Shown here: positions 50,632 to 61,598 of the stretch, piece after piece
Layout of the letters: each line of letters begins with the position of its first letter
Position numbering within the stretch: position 1 is the stretch's first letter
DNA from: Nostoc sp. DedSLP01
Lineage (GTDB): Bacteria > Cyanobacteriota > Cyanobacteriia > Cyanobacteriales > Nostocaceae
Assembly (NCBI GenBank): GCA_034530875.2
Contig: JAVRCJ020000002.1
Location: 256,001 to 320,000, forward strand
Direction: 5' to 3'
Length of the DNA: 64,000 bases
Made by a program: the position numbers and the translations under genes
Notes under the pieces: model-generated
What the model was told of the DNA's origin: nothing
The model's database searches: none
What the model saw: only the letters and a program-made list of their open reading frames with translations

Positions 50632-53094
50632 TTAACTTCTCAGGTTGACGCCGAATTTTTCCACTAAGGCTTCGCGGACTTTATTGTGTACTGGTTCGAC
50701 TTCTGCTTCGGTGAGGGTACGATCGCTTGCCCGATAAATTAGGCGGAATGCTAGACTCCGCTGACCTTCGGGGACGTTTTCGCCTCGATATTCATCAAAC
50801 AATTCCACTGATTCGAGTAAATCTTTGCCAGCTTTATTAATTGCTTTTTCCAGTTCGGCAACTGAGACTTTTACAGGTGCGAAAAAGGCAATGTCGCGAT
50901 CGCTTGCTGGGTAGGTGGAATAAGGATGAAATGTCGGATTTAGAGTTTCGTCTTCTTCTAAAGAGTTTAAAAGTACATCTAAATCTAATTGGAAAACGTA
51001 GGCTGAATCTGGTAAGCCTTTTTCTCGTCGCAGTTGGGGATGAATTTGTCCAAAAATACCCAGTCTATTACCTCTAATCCATAAGGAAGCGGTGCGTCCT
51101 GGATGCAAGCGTTCGTCTCGGCAGTCGGGTTGATATTCTACTTGCAAGCCGAGTTGACGAAATACACTTTCTAAAATGCCTTTGGCTTCAAACCAAGTCA
51201 AGGGTTGTTCTCGACCGCCTTTTGACCATTTACCAATAAAGCGATCGCCTCCCATAATCCCAGCCAGGGCTTCTATTTCTCGCAAGCCGTCTTCTTCTTG
51301 CCAGAAAATTTGCCCGATTTCAAAGCCGTTGAGAGCGCCGTTACCCTGCTCTATATTATATTGATAGGCGTCAATTAACCCAGATATTAAATCGGTTCGC
51401 AGGGCTGAATATTCAACAAATAATGGATTTGTTAATACTATTTGTCTGTCTTCTCCCGGTTTAACTAAAGAATAATGAATTAATTCTGTTAAACCTTCTG
51501 CCCGCAGAAAAGCTCTTAATTTGCGAATCAATTCCTGGTCTAAAGGGAGATAACCTGCTTCGGCTTTGTCTGGTAAGGTATCGCAAAATCTGTTGTAACC
51601 ATACAAACGAGCAATCTCTTCAATTAAGTCGATTTCCCGTTCTAAGTCGCGGTAACGATAGGGCGGTACAGTAACAGACCATGTAGTTTGCGATGTATTG
51701 TCTTGTCCTGAGACATTGCCCAAAGGAGCCAACTGACATCCTAATGCAGTCAGAACCCTTTCAACATCTTGTTCTTGGAGTTCTGCTGTGTCTTCTCCCA
51801 AGTCGATTGGCCCTAGTACCTGATTTACTCTCTCTAAACGCAGGGCAATGGAACGACTCCAGGTAGATGGGTCGGGGCGAGTGTCGGCAATTTCTTGCTG
51901 AGTAATAACTCCACTAGCTAATTCGCTAATTAATGACAAGGCGCGGCGATTGGCAACTTCCAATTCGGCGCGGTTAACTCCTCTTTCGTATCTTCCAGAG
52001 GCTTCACTTCTTAAGCCAACACTGCGAGAAGAACGGCGAATTGCCACGGAATCAAATAAAGCAGCTTCTAAAACTAGGCTTTGGGTACCTTCGTAGACTT
52101 CGGTTTCTTCTCCACCCATGACTCCCGCCAGGGCAACGGGTTTGTCGTTGGCGGTAATTAATAAATTTTGCGATGCTAAAGTGCGAGTTTGTCCATCTAG
52201 GGTTTTTAAGGATTCTCCAGAACTGGCGAAGCGGACGCCGATGGTTAAACTTTCGCTGCTTGCAACTGATTTTAGGCGATCGCGATCGAATGCGTGCAAT
52301 GGTTGTCCCCATTCCAATAACACGTAGTTAGTAATGTCCACCACATTATTAATTGGACGTACCCCCGCAGCCCGCAAACGCTGTTGCAACCAATCAGGAG
52401 ATGGGGCAATTTTAATTTCTTCGATGACTGTACCAATGTAAGCAGGGCAAGCTTGGGTATCGGCAATTTTTAAAGCTAAATTTCCTGTATTTTTGGCAAT
52501 TGACACTTCACTGGGTACGGGAATGCTCAGTTTTCCCCCAGTTAAAGCTGCAACTTCCCGTGCAACACCTACCATACTCAAAGCATCAGCGCGATTAGCT
52601 GTTGCTGTGAGGTCTAAAATTACATCATCTAAACCCAATAAAGGACGGACATCGCTACCCAAGGTTAAATTTTCTTGGGGAAAAATATGAATTCCGTCTA
52701 CATCAGCGGGCAAACCGAGTTCTTTTAAAGAACAAATCATGCCTTGAGAAGGGACGCCGCGCAGTTTTGCAGGTTTAATTTTTAAATCGATGTTGGGTAA
52801 GTAAGTTCCCGTAGTTGCCACTGGAACATATATGTCTGCCTTGACATTAGGAGCGCCACAGACAATATTTAAAGTTTCACCTGTGCCAATATCTACTTGG
52901 CAAACACTTAATTTATCAGCATTGGGGTGTGGTTGACGTTCAAGCACTCTCCCGACAACTACGCCATTTGCCCAAGTGCGGCGATCTTCAATATCTTCTA
53001 CTTCAAACCCTGCCATTGTCAGGGTTTCGGCTAATTCTTCCGGGCTAAGTTTTATCTCTACTAGTTCGCGCAGCCAGTTTAAAGAAATACGCAT
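50632..53094 (-). CDS. pheT: Phenylalanine--tRNA ligase beta subunit
   Basis: [47 protein letters not shown]-terminus. Confidence 0.98.
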   Translation of the reverse strand: MRISLNWLRELVEIKLSPEELAETLTMAGFEVEDIEDRRTWANGVVVGRVLERQPHPNADKLSVCQVDIGTGETLNIVCGAPNVKADIYVPVATTGTYLPNIDLKIKPAKLRGVPSQGMICSLKELGLPADVDGIHIFPQENLTLGSDVRPLLGLDDVILDLTATANRADALSMVGVAREVAALTGGKLSIPVPSEVSIAKNTGNLALKIADTQACPAYIGTVIEEIKIAPSPDWLQQRLRAAGVRPINNVVDITNYVLLEWGQPLHAFDRDRLKSVASSESLTIGVRFASSGESLKTLDGQTRTLASQNLLITANDKPVALAGVMGGEETEVYEGTQSLVLEAALFDSVAIRRSSRSVGLRSEASGRYERGVNRAELEVANRRALSLISELASGVITQQEIADTRPDPSTWSRSIALRLERVNQVLGPIDLGEDTAELQEQDVERVLTALGCQLAPLGNVSGQDNTSQTTWSVTVPPYRYRDLEREIDLIEEIARLYGYNRFCDTLPDKAEAGYLPLDQELIRKLRAFLRAEGLTELIHYSLVKPGEDRQIVLTNPLFVEYSALRTDLISGLIDAYQYNIEQGNGALNGFEIGQIFWQEEDGLREIEALAGIMGGDRFIGKWSKGGREQPLTWFEAKGILESVFRQLGLQVEYQPDCRDERLHPGRTASLWIRGNRLGIFGQIHPQLRREKGLPDSAYVFQLDLDVLLNSLEEDETLNPTFHPYSTYPASDRDIAFFAPVKVSVAELEKAINKAGKDLLESVELFDEYRGENVPEGQRSLAFRLIYRASDRTLTEAEVEPVHNKVREALVEKFGVNLRS

Positions 53095-53331
53095 GGAGTG
53101 TGCTGGTTTTAGGAATCGTCTTTTGCTCTCATTTTAGAGTGTCTGTTAGCGAGCGATCGCTATTCACTCTGCAAGTCATAGCTTTTCACTTGAACAATCG
53201 TACTATGTTGGACTAACATAGCAATCCGTTTCCCAAATCTTTATCTTGGCATTTTGACTATTCGCTTCAAAAGGAAACTTTTACGAGGCTTAACTACTCA
53301 TTAGTGGAGTTCAACTACTAATTTATGAAAC

Positions 53332-53590
53332 TTACAGCAGCTTTGAGGTAATTAAATCATAAGTTAGGGACTTTACAGCTGTCATGGGTATCAACTTAAC
53401 GTCAAGATCGGCGTTACCCCACCCCGGTTTTGTCTAAAGCCAAAACCGCCCCTCCCCTTGCCAAGGGGAGGGGTTGGGGGTGGGGTGAAACGTTTGTGGG
53501 ATAAGTGTTTGAGCTTAAGTTAATACCAGATACCAATGCATATCTGTGCGCCTCTACAAGGGATTATGGTTCAAGTTGATTTAACTAGCA
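53332..53590. mobile_element. Second copy of the nested composite element seen at 18445
   Basis: TTACAGCAG...; TAGGGACTTTACAGCTGT-CATGGGTATCAACTTAA...TTAAGTTAATACC(AGATACC)AATG-...GCCTCTAC; different internal hairpin. Confidence 0.65.
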
Positions 53591-53677
53591 ATAGAGATAA
53601 ATTGCGGAAATGGTCTTTGAGAATTTGGATCTATCAAAGCTATAGAGTTTAAAAGATTCAGTTCCCAGGAGTTAATC

Positions 53678-54343
53678 GTGGAAGTCAAATATAACGAACT
53701 AAAAAAATGGATTTTACGTCCAATGATGATGGGTTTGCTAGTAGCAGGGACAATCGCCAGCAAGGCAGAGATTAATTTTTCTTTGGCAAACCCAGCAATG
53801 GCTGCACAAGTTGTTTCATTAGAAAAGTCTACTCCCCAACCTGCACGAAAAGAGCATGGTATTTATCAGAGCGATCGCTTTCGTTTTCAATTTAGCTACT
53901 CCCTGCAAGATTTTGTCATAGATAACAAAATAACTACTCCCAACAATAATGTTAATTCTCCATTAGCTACTGTTGATATTTGGACTCACAAACACGCCCA
54001 GAAAATTCGCGCTGGAGAATATGAAGGTGGTACAGAATACCCAGCTAATGTTCGTGTATCTGTATATAAGAATCCTGCTAGATTAAATTTGCAGAAGTGG
54101 GTTAAGCAGAGTAATGATTTTTCTCTACCCCGTGAATTCAAAACTGCAAAAATTGCAGGGCAAAGTGGGTTTAAATTTAAATCTAGTGGCTTATATGAAA
54201 ACGAACACGTAGCTTTTATTAGCCCTAAAGACTCTCGAATTATTGTTGTCACAATATCTAAAACTGGTTATGGCAACAATGATGCTATTTACGAGAGAGC
54301 ATATCAGCAGGTAGTGAACTCTTTCACTTTTTTAAATAGATAG
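53678..54343 (+). CDS. Hypothetical secreted protein
   Basis: Hydrophobic N-terminus with AMA-A site; C-terminal YQQVVNSFTF (PsbP/Mog1-like ending, uncertain). Confidence 0.7.
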   Translation: MEVKYNELKKWILRPMMMGLLVAGTIASKAEINFSLANPAMAAQVVSLEKSTPQPARKEHGIYQSDRFRFQFSYSLQDFVIDNKITTPNNNVNSPLATVDIWTHKHAQKIRAGEYEGGTEYPANVRVSVYKNPARLNLQKWVKQSNDFSLPREFKTAKIAGQSGFKFKSSGLYENEHVAFISPKDSRIIVVTISKTGYGNNDAIYERAYQQVVNSFTFLNR

Positions 54344-54350
54344 CAAAACG

Positions 54351-54400
54351 GGCGGTTAGAAACCGCGTCTACACAAACAAAACCCACCTGCGTGGGTTTC
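54351..54400. repeat. Double-hairpin intergenic repeat
   Basis: GCGGTTAGAAACCGC and AAACCCACCTGCGTGGGTTT stems. Confidence 0.6.
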
Positions 54401-54495
54401 AAGACCTTTATTAGTTTTTTATCAAAATATGTTTAATTAAACGTAAGAAAATTGTAAATTATATATATACATTTTAGCCAATAATTTCAGAAATA

Positions 54496-55812
54496 ATGCT
54501 GAGTAATATTGACATCAACAATGAAATTAACGTAAATGATATTAGCGATAAAATATATCATTTCATTTCAGAACTGTATCCTATTTGTCGTAGTATTACT
54601 GGCGAAGGATTACGCAAAACGCTGCATCTTATTCAGCAACATATTCCTTTAGATATACATAATATCCCCACTGGGACTGAAGTATTTGATTGGACTATTC
54701 CTAAAGAATGGAATATCAAAGATGCCTTTGTTAAAAACTCACAAGGTCAAAAGATTATAGATTTTTATAAATCTAATCTCCATATACTTAATTATAGTAT
54801 CAATATTCATGAAAAGATGTCATTACAGGATTTAAAGGCACATCTTTTTACACTACCCGATCGCCCTGATTGGATTCCTTATAGAACTTCTTACTACAAA
54901 GAGAACTGGGGCTTTTGTCTCAGCCATAATCAATTCTTGGAATTGAAAGATGAAGAATATGAAGTTTGCATTGATTCTTCTTTAGAAGATGGGTATTTAA
55001 GTTACGGCGAGTATTACATTAAAGGTGAAAAAACAGATGAAATTCTGATTTCATGTCACACCTGTCACCCATCGCTTTGTAATGACAATCTCTCAGGTAT
55101 AGCATTGGCAACCTTTTTAGCCAAACATCTCAGCCAAATTTCACTTTCTTACTCTTATCGTTTTCTCTTTATTCCTGGAACCATTGGTTCTATTACTTGG
55201 CTAGCTTTAAATGAAGCAAATGTTGACAAAATTAAACATGGTTTAGTTCTAAGCTGTGTGGGAGATCGGGGAAAATGTCACTACAAAAAAAGCCGTCGCG
55301 GTAATGCAGAAATTGATAAAGCTGTTACTCATGTACTGAAGAATTCCGGAGAAAATTATGAAATTATGGAGTTCTCTCCTTATGGCTATGATGAACGGCA
55401 ATTTTGTTCGCCAGGGTTTAATCTTCCTGTAGGTTGCTTCATGCGATCGCCTCATGGTACTTTTCCTCAATATCACACATCGGCAGATAATTTAGAACTA
55501 GTACAACCCCAATATCTTGCAGATTCTTTTTCAAAAGTTTTGTCGGTTTTAGATGTTATAGAAAATAATAAAAAATACTTAAATCAAAACCCTAAATGCG
55601 AACCACAGTTAGGTAGGCGAGGATTATACGGCGCAATGGGCGGACTGACTAATCCTAAAAAAAGTGAAATTGCTATGTTGTGGATTTTAAACTTATCTGA
55701 TGGTAACCATACTCTATTAGATATTTCGGAAAAATCAGGCATAGAGTTTGACGTCATTAAGACAACAGCAAATACATTGTTGCAGTTCAATTTATTGAAA
55801 GAATGTGAATAA
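54496..55812 (+). CDS. DUF4910 (M28 aminopeptidase-like, DUF2172, wHTH) polysaccharide-associated protein
   Basis: LYPICRSITGEG, WTIPKEW, PYRTSYY, CHPSLCNDNLSG, DERQFCSPG, YHTSADN, CEPQLGRRGLY. Confidence 0.88.
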   Translation: MLSNIDINNEINVNDISDKIYHFISELYPICRSITGEGLRKTLHLIQQHIPLDIHNIPTGTEVFDWTIPKEWNIKDAFVKNSQGQKIIDFYKSNLHILNYSINIHEKMSLQDLKAHLFTLPDRPDWIPYRTSYYKENWGFCLSHNQFLELKDEEYEVCIDSSLEDGYLSYGEYYIKGEKTDEILISCHTCHPSLCNDNLSGIALATFLAKHLSQISLSYSYRFLFIPGTIGSITWLALNEANVDKIKHGLVLSCVGDRGKCHYKKSRRGNAEIDKAVTHVLKNSGENYEIMEFSPYGYDERQFCSPGFNLPVGCFMRSPHGTFPQYHTSADNLELVQPQYLADSFSKVLSVLDVIENNKKYLNQNPKCEPQLGRRGLYGAMGGLTNPKKSEIAMLWILNLSDGNHTLLDISEKSGIEFDVIKTTANTLLQFNLLKECE

Positions 55813-55843
55813 TAAAAAAAGCAATAGGCAGAAAGCTTTTGAG

Positions 55844-56497
55844 CTAAAAAACTATTTTGCGGCAATAAAAAGCTTCTGCATATTGATCGGGTGAATTAGA
55901 TTCAATTCCTCTCAGTCTGAGAATTGACAAAAATGTTTTTTCTGTAAACCATTGTTTATTTTTTTGCGACTCAAAGCTGTCAATAATATATTGAATTTTA
56001 TTTTGACAAATTTCCTCATTTAAAGGAACAAAGAAATTAGGATTTCCTAAATCGCCATCATATTTAGGTATTTCATACTCTAGAATTAAATGATTTCTAA
56101 ATGTATTCCAAGTAAATTCTGAAATCAAGCGATGGTCTTGATGCAAATCTTGGCGATAATGGGTAAAAATTAAATCGGGGCTATATTCTCGTTTTAATTG
56201 TTCAAAAAATTGTTTAATTTCAATTCCAATGAAAGGAAAAAAGCCGTCTTGAAATTGTTTGATTTCTATATTTTTAACATTTGCTTTTTTGAGGAAGGAA
56301 TTAGCACTTTTATAGGCTTCCTCTTCTCTTTGTAAATTTGAACTAAATACAACCCAATAAAATATAATATTGGGATATGTTTTTATTAATTTTAATATCG
56401 TGCCTCCGCAACCAATTTCTATATCATCACAATGCGCTCCTAAACATAAAACTTTATACTCAAAGTTTTTTTCTCCATCAAAAGTGAATTTAAGCAT
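55844..56497 (-). CDS. PIG-L/LmbE family deacetylase
   Basis: GAHCDDIEIGCGG, DLHQDH, FESQ, AEAF. Confidence 0.9.
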   Translation of the reverse strand: MLKFTFDGEKNFEYKVLCLGAHCDDIEIGCGGTILKLIKTYPNIIFYWVVFSSNLQREEEAYKSANSFLKKANVKNIEIKQFQDGFFPFIGIEIKQFFEQLKREYSPDLIFTHYRQDLHQDHRLISEFTWNTFRNHLILEYEIPKYDGDLGNPNFFVPLNEEICQNKIQYIIDSFESQKNKQWFTEKTFLSILRLRGIESNSPDQYAEAFYCRKIVF

Positions 56498-56601
56498 ATT
56501 GATAATTTTTTAAGTTTAAAAATACTTATTTGAAAATATTGCTTCAAAGATGAATTATAGTAGATATCTAATTAGATATCTACAGTAAAAGAAATTGGTA
56601 G

Positions 56602-57462
56602 TTATCCTTGAACTAAACTTGCTGGTAAAAAATCATTAGTAAACTGACTAACTCGGCTATATTCCACAGATTTTGACTTCCTTTCAATTAGGTTCCATGC
56701 TGCCCAAGGTGCGTTACCTTGGCAATACATATCATCTAATTGTTGCTGTTCTTTGAAAGTATCCATGCACGCCCAAAAGCCGTTATATTTATAGGCTACT
56801 AATTGTTGGATTTGAATTAGCCTTTGAAATGGTTCAAGTACTAATTCTTCTCCAGCTTCAATGTATTTATAAATATCTTTTCTAAATACAAAGAAGCCGC
56901 CATTTATTCTAATGCCAGCTTGCTGAACGCTTTGGATATCATTTACTAAACCATTTTCTTGTGTTGAAACTAAATGGAAACTTTGCGATGGCTTTACACA
57001 CAGAAAACTGGCTATTTTGTTATGTCTGTAAAAGTCATCAATTAAATCAGGTAGATATAAATCTGTTAAACCATCGCTATAATTAGCTAAAAAGACTTCT
57101 TCGCCTTCTAAGTATTTTTCAACTGCTTTGAATCTTTGCCCAATATTTGAATTTAACCCTGTATCAACAAAAGTAATATTCCAATCTTCAATATCGCTAT
57201 TGACGAGTTGAATTTTTCTGCCTCCCTCCTGCAAAGTAAAATCATTGGAAACACATTCGTCATAATGGAGAAAATAATTTTTGATGACATCTGCTTTATA
57301 ACCAAGGCACAAAATAAAATCTTTGTGTCCATAGTGAGCATAGTATTTCATCACATGCCACAGTATTGGCCTGTAGCCAATATGAACCATTGGCTTAGGA
57401 ACATTTGTAGACAATTCTCTTAATCTTGTTCCTAAACCGCCGCAAAATAAAACTACTTTCAT
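56602..57462 (-). CDS. rfbF: Glucose-1-phosphate cytidylyltransferase-like NTP transferase
   Basis: CGGLGTRL, PKPMV, CLGYK, YSDG, INGGFFV, GFWACMDT. Confidence 0.85.
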   Translation of the reverse strand: MKVVLFCGGLGTRLRELSTNVPKPMVHIGYRPILWHVMKYYAHYGHKDFILCLGYKADVIKNYFLHYDECVSNDFTLQEGGRKIQLVNSDIEDWNITFVDTGLNSNIGQRFKAVEKYLEGEEVFLANYSDGLTDLYLPDLIDDFYRHNKIASFLCVKPSQSFHLVSTQENGLVNDIQSVQQAGIRINGGFFVFRKDIYKYIEAGEELVLEPFQRLIQIQQLVAYKYNGFWACMDTFKEQQQLDDMYCQGNAPWAAWNLIERKSKSVEYSRVSQFTNDFLPASLVQG

Positions 57463-57493
57463 GGTAATTTCCTTTGGCATTAATAAATTAGAT

Positions 57494-57634
57494 TAGACTT
57501 CTTGCAAAAGTGAGAAAAATCTAAGGAATAAAGGGTAGAGAGAAAGGGAAGACTTTTTTATTATCATTTCTCCCTTTGTATTGATTGCTTTTCGCTTTAC
57601 CCACTCTTGCAAAAATAGTTTTGCAAGAAATCTA
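57494..57634. mobile_element. MITE with 16-bp TIRs
   Basis: TAGACTTCTTGCAAAA ... TTTTGCAAGAAATCTA. Confidence 0.7.
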
Positions 57635-57657
57635 TTAGGTTTGAGTTACTTTGTTAC

Positions 57658-58938
57658 TCAAGGATAGATATTGACTTCTGGAATAGGCACAACAAATTTA
57701 CCGCCCCAGTTACGTATATACGACATCTGGGAGATAATTTCATTTTTCAAATTCCAAGGTAAAATCAACAGATAATCTGGCTTCGTTTCTGGAATTTTGT
57801 CTGGATGAAAGATGGGGATATGAGTTCCAGGTAAAAATTTACCTTGTTTAAATGGATTTCGGTCTACAGTATAATCAAGAAAATCTTCTCTAATTCCACA
57901 ATAATTTAAAAGAGTGTTACCTTTACCGGGCGCACCGTAACCGACAATTGATTTTCCTTGGCGTTTAGCTGCAATTAAAAATTCTAAAAGTTCAAACTTG
58001 GTTTTCTTGACCTTTTCACCAAAGGAAAAATAACTTTCTAACTTAAGAAATCCAGCCGTTTCTTCCTGGCTTCTTAAATCTTTGACTTTCTGGCTGATAG
58101 ATTTAGAATTATCTTCTACATGGGCAGCATAAATTCTCAACGAACCACCATGAGTTGACAGTTCTTCTACATCAAAAATAGTTAAATTGTGAGCAGCAAA
58201 AACTTTCTCTACTGCAACTAATGACAAGTAAGAGAAATGCTCGTGATAGATAGTATCAAACTGGTTTCCCTCAATTAGTCGCATTAAATGAGGAAACTCC
58301 ATAGTAATGACACCTTCAGGCTTAAGTAAAATTTTACAGCCTGCGACAAAATCGTTGATATCGGGTACGTGAGCAAGCACGTTATTTCCTATTAATAAAT
58401 CTGCTTGCTTGCCATTAGCAACTAATTCATTTGCTGTGTTTTGTCCAAAGAACTTGATAACTGTGGGGACGCCTTTGGCGATCGCTACTTCAGCAACATT
58501 AGCTGCTGGTTCTATACCCAGGACAGGTATTTCTTTTGATACAAAGTATTGCAACAGGTAACCATCGTTACTAGCTATCTCTACCACTAGGCTTGAAGAG
58601 TTCAGCCCCAAGCGTTTTGTGACTTGTTCAGTATAATTTTTAGCATGTTGTAGCCACGAATCAGAGTAAGAGGAAAAATAGGCGTAGTGGCTGAAGATAT
58701 CTTGCGGGCTTACATATTCCTGGAGTTGAACTAAAAAACAGCGATCGCACACGTACACATGTAGTGGATAAAAGGGTTCCATTTGGTTTAGCTGTTCAAC
58801 CGTCACGTAACTTTCACAAAGCGGCGACATTCCCAAATCCACAAAAGTATGCTTTAACGTTGTTCCACAGAACCGACAGCCACAACGATTTACACTCCCA
58901 CCATTTTGTACAGACTCTTGCAAAGTTGTCGTAATCAT
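57658..58938 (-). CDS. NDP-hexose C-methyltransferase (Zn-finger plus SAM domain)
   Basis: CRFC..CDRC, EIASNDG, FDTIYHEH, THGGSLR, YGAPGKGNTLLNY, LPWN. Confidence 0.9.
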   Translation of the reverse strand: MITTTLQESVQNGGSVNRCGCRFCGTTLKHTFVDLGMSPLCESYVTVEQLNQMEPFYPLHVYVCDRCFLVQLQEYVSPQDIFSHYAYFSSYSDSWLQHAKNYTEQVTKRLGLNSSSLVVEIASNDGYLLQYFVSKEIPVLGIEPAANVAEVAIAKGVPTVIKFFGQNTANELVANGKQADLLIGNNVLAHVPDINDFVAGCKILLKPEGVITMEFPHLMRLIEGNQFDTIYHEHFSYLSLVAVEKVFAAHNLTIFDVEELSTHGGSLRIYAAHVEDNSKSISQKVKDLRSQEETAGFLKLESYFSFGEKVKKTKFELLEFLIAAKRQGKSIVGYGAPGKGNTLLNYCGIREDFLDYTVDRNPFKQGKFLPGTHIPIFHPDKIPETKPDYLLILPWNLKNEIISQMSYIRNWGGKFVVPIPEVNIYP

Positions 58939-58987
58939 TTGTTAGTTCTCACACTTTTATATGCAACCTGATAGAGGCAGAACCCTT

Positions 58988-59134
58988 ATACCAAATCTCC
59001 AAAATTGAGTAACAAATCCTTTCCTCAAAAACCTTTTGATATCTGGGTTTCCTAATTTTGTTAGCGCAGCGTTAGCGAGTCCGCGTTCGCGCAGCGTCTC
59101 GTAGAGAGCGTCATTTTTAATTTTGAATTGTTAT
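58988..59134. mobile_element. Degenerate MITE-like element with GC-rich small repeats inserted (59062-59112)
   Basis: TATACCAAAT...AATTGTTATT ends; internal GCGCAGCGTTAGCGAGT...GTTCGCGCAGCGTCTCGTAGAGAGCGTC. Confidence 0.45.
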
Positions 59135-59695
59135 TACGCCTAGTTGGGCGTGGGTAGGCTCTAAAACAGATTCAAACAAAGGCCAGCAAGTATCTTTTTC
59201 AGAAATTTCGCTCACAGGTAAAGGCCATTCAATCCCAAAAGCCGGATCGTTATAGGGCAAGCCATACTGGTAATCTGGTGCATAAAATTCACTCATCTGA
59301 TACACAACTTCAGCTTCATCAGTTAGCGTCTGATAACCATGAGCGAACATTTCAGGCACGTATAAAGCTCTACGGTTTTGAGCTGTTAATTCAACACCAA
59401 TATGTAACTTGTATGTAGGAGATTCAGGACGCAAGTCAATGATGACATCATAGATAGCGCCATGAGTACAGCGAACCAACTTGACCTCGGTTGCTGGAGC
59501 AACCTGATAATGCATACCCCGGAGAGTACCTTTTTTGTGGTTGAAAGCTAGATTGCATTGAGCAATTGTTGGTTTTAAACCGCGATCTGAAAATTCATCA
59601 GCGCAGAAAGTACGAGCAAAAAAGCCGCGAGTATCTTGGCGTTGCTCTATATCAATAATGAATGCGCCTTTGAGTGTAGTTTCTGTGAATAGCAT
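59117..59695 (-). CDS. rfbC: dTDP-4-dehydrorhamnose 3,5-epimerase family
   Basis: DTRGFF, GTLRGMHYQ, KLVRC, DLRPESPT, AHGYQTL, SEKD. Confidence 0.9.
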   Translation of the reverse strand: MLFTETTLKGAFIIDIEQRQDTRGFFARTFCADEFSDRGLKPTIAQCNLAFNHKKGTLRGMHYQVAPATEVKLVRCTHGAIYDVIIDLRPESPTYKLHIGVELTAQNRRALYVPEMFAHGYQTLTDEAEVVYQMSEFYAPDYQYGLPYNDPAFGIEWPLPVSEISEKDTCWPLFESVLEPTHAQLGVITIQN

Positions 59696-59726
59696 GGCCA
59701 AAACTACGGTGTAGGGTGTGGGGTGT

Positions 59727-59824
59727 AATACCGTTTCACTTTAAGGTTGATACATTTAGGCAAGCAGAGGAGGCAGAGGAAGAAACAAAAATGATTTGTA
59801 TCAAGAATTGAGTGAAATGGTCTA
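59727..59824. mobile_element. MITE (ATACCGTTTCAC...GTGAAATGGTCT) inserted in a GGTGTAGGG/CCCTACACC repeat
   Basis: Terminal inverted repeats plus internal TGATAC/GTATCA; same family as 15792. Confidence 0.6.
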
Positions 59825-59943
59825 AGGGGAAAGAGAAAAATGTACGCCCTGGCCTAAAATCAATAGGATTTAATCTGTCAGGAAAATCTATCTCAGGGTG
59901 GTTTTTAATTAATACTAGTTTCAAAACCCTACACCCTTCTTTT

Positions 59944-60969
59944 TTACTTATTCCAGAAGAAATCTCGATCTATTTGCTGAGTGCGAACTAGATACTCCAG
60001 CTGTTTTAAGCGAGTGAATCCTGGGAATAAAAAAGTGGATTCTGACATATCGATCGCATTAAATACATCAAATAACTGCTGGGCACCTTTAAGTGCATTC
60101 CACTCACACTTAAATCCCGGTAGTTTGCTGTTAATTTTCTCGAAAGAAACCCGATAGCTGCGGTTATCCGCACTACTCTCACCAAAAGAAAGCTGACAGC
60201 CAGTAAATACTTCAGCCACTATTTCAGCAATTTCTTTGACTCTATAGTTACTAGCAGTGTCGCCAACATTAAAAATTTGGTTGTGAATAATGTCCCGTGG
60301 GGCTTCGAGGGTACAGACAATTGCTTTACAAATGTCTAGCAGATGAACTAGCGGCCGCCAAGGAGTACCGTCGCTTGTCATCTTGATTTCTTTAGTCGTC
60401 CATGCCAGGGCAGATAAGTTGTTTAAAACAATGTCGAAGCGCATTCTGGGAGATGCGCCAAAGGCGGTAGCATTCCGCAAAAAGGTAGGAGAGAAGTTAA
60501 CGTCAGCTAATAACTTGACATCTCGCTCTACCAAAGTTTTACATTCGGCATAAGCCGTTTGGGGGTTGACAGAGGATTCCTCAGTAACGTAATCATCGCT
60601 ACCAACTCCATAGACACTGCACGAAGACGTATAGACAAAGCGACGTACACCAGCTGTTTTCGCTAATTTAGCAAGGCGAACTGAGCCTTGATGGTTGATT
60701 TCATAAGTCACATTGGGGCGTAGTTGCCCAGCTGGGTCATTGGAGAGTTCTGCTAAATGAACGACTGCCTCAACACCTGCTAAATCTTCAAGTGTGATGT
60801 GGCGGATATCTTTATTAAGAGTTTTGGCTGTGAGTTGGGTACCATTGTACAGCCAACCAACCTTGTAGAATCCCGTGTCAACGCCGATGACTTCATCACC
60901 GTGTTGCATCAAGATTGGGGCTAATAAGGAACCGATATAGCCTTCAGTTCCAGTTACCAGTATTTTCAT
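59944..60969 (-). CDS. NAD-dependent epimerase/dehydratase (extended SDR)
   Basis: GTEGYIG, HLAELSNDP, SSCSVYG, YAECK, SDGTPWRP, DNRSY. Confidence 0.9.
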   Translation of the reverse strand: MKILVTGTEGYIGSLLAPILMQHGDEVIGVDTGFYKVGWLYNGTQLTAKTLNKDIRHITLEDLAGVEAVVHLAELSNDPAGQLRPNVTYEINHQGSVRLAKLAKTAGVRRFVYTSSCSVYGVGSDDYVTEESSVNPQTAYAECKTLVERDVKLLADVNFSPTFLRNATAFGASPRMRFDIVLNNLSALAWTTKEIKMTSDGTPWRPLVHLLDICKAIVCTLEAPRDIIHNQIFNVGDTASNYRVKEIAEIVAEVFTGCQLSFGESSADNRSYRVSFEKINSKLPGFKCEWNALKGAQQLFDVFNAIDMSESTFLFPGFTRLKQLEYLVRTQQIDRDFFWNK

Positions 60970-61231
60970 GGATACCAAATCCCGATAGGTAGAACTTGGT
61001 TGTGTAAAAAATCTTCCTTGACTTAGTACAAAACCATTTCCTCAAAACGAGCTACCTCGCACGAAGAACTGCTTACAAGACCGTTCTTAAGTGTGCCTAA
61101 TGTTGTGGTACTAGCACAATTTCTATGTAAATCCTAGTATCTAATCGGTGTGTTTGCGATCGCGTTTCGGAGAATGTATGACTTAACGTATAAGTTGTAT
61201 CAGATCGGTTTAGTTTTCTTCGAGTATTAAA

Positions 61232-61265
61232 TACTTTTCTTACTTTTCTTACTTTTCTTACTTTT
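61232..61265. repeat. 9-bp direct repeat (TACTTTTCT)x3 plus a partial copy
   Basis: Seen directly in the divergent intergenic region. Confidence 0.85.
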
Positions 61266-61598
61266 TTATTTATTCAAATAAAAAATTAGTTCTCTTTTGT
61301 AACCGAAATTATTATTTTTTAAGAGAATATGTGATTCCATATACATTGTATAATTGCTCTGTCTAAAAAAATAGGGAAAAGATAAAAATTAATCCTTAAG
61401 GAGGACGAAAAAGCTGAGATAAAATAATTAACTTTAATTTTTGGCCAGAAAATAATAAATGTATCAATGAAAATAACTTTGAAAATTATTCGCAACAATT
61501 GAGTTAAACATAGATCTGATTGCGATGTTAAACAAGAATAACCCTAAATTTAGAAAATACTTATTTAAGTTAATAACTGGAGATTGAAAAACTAATTT

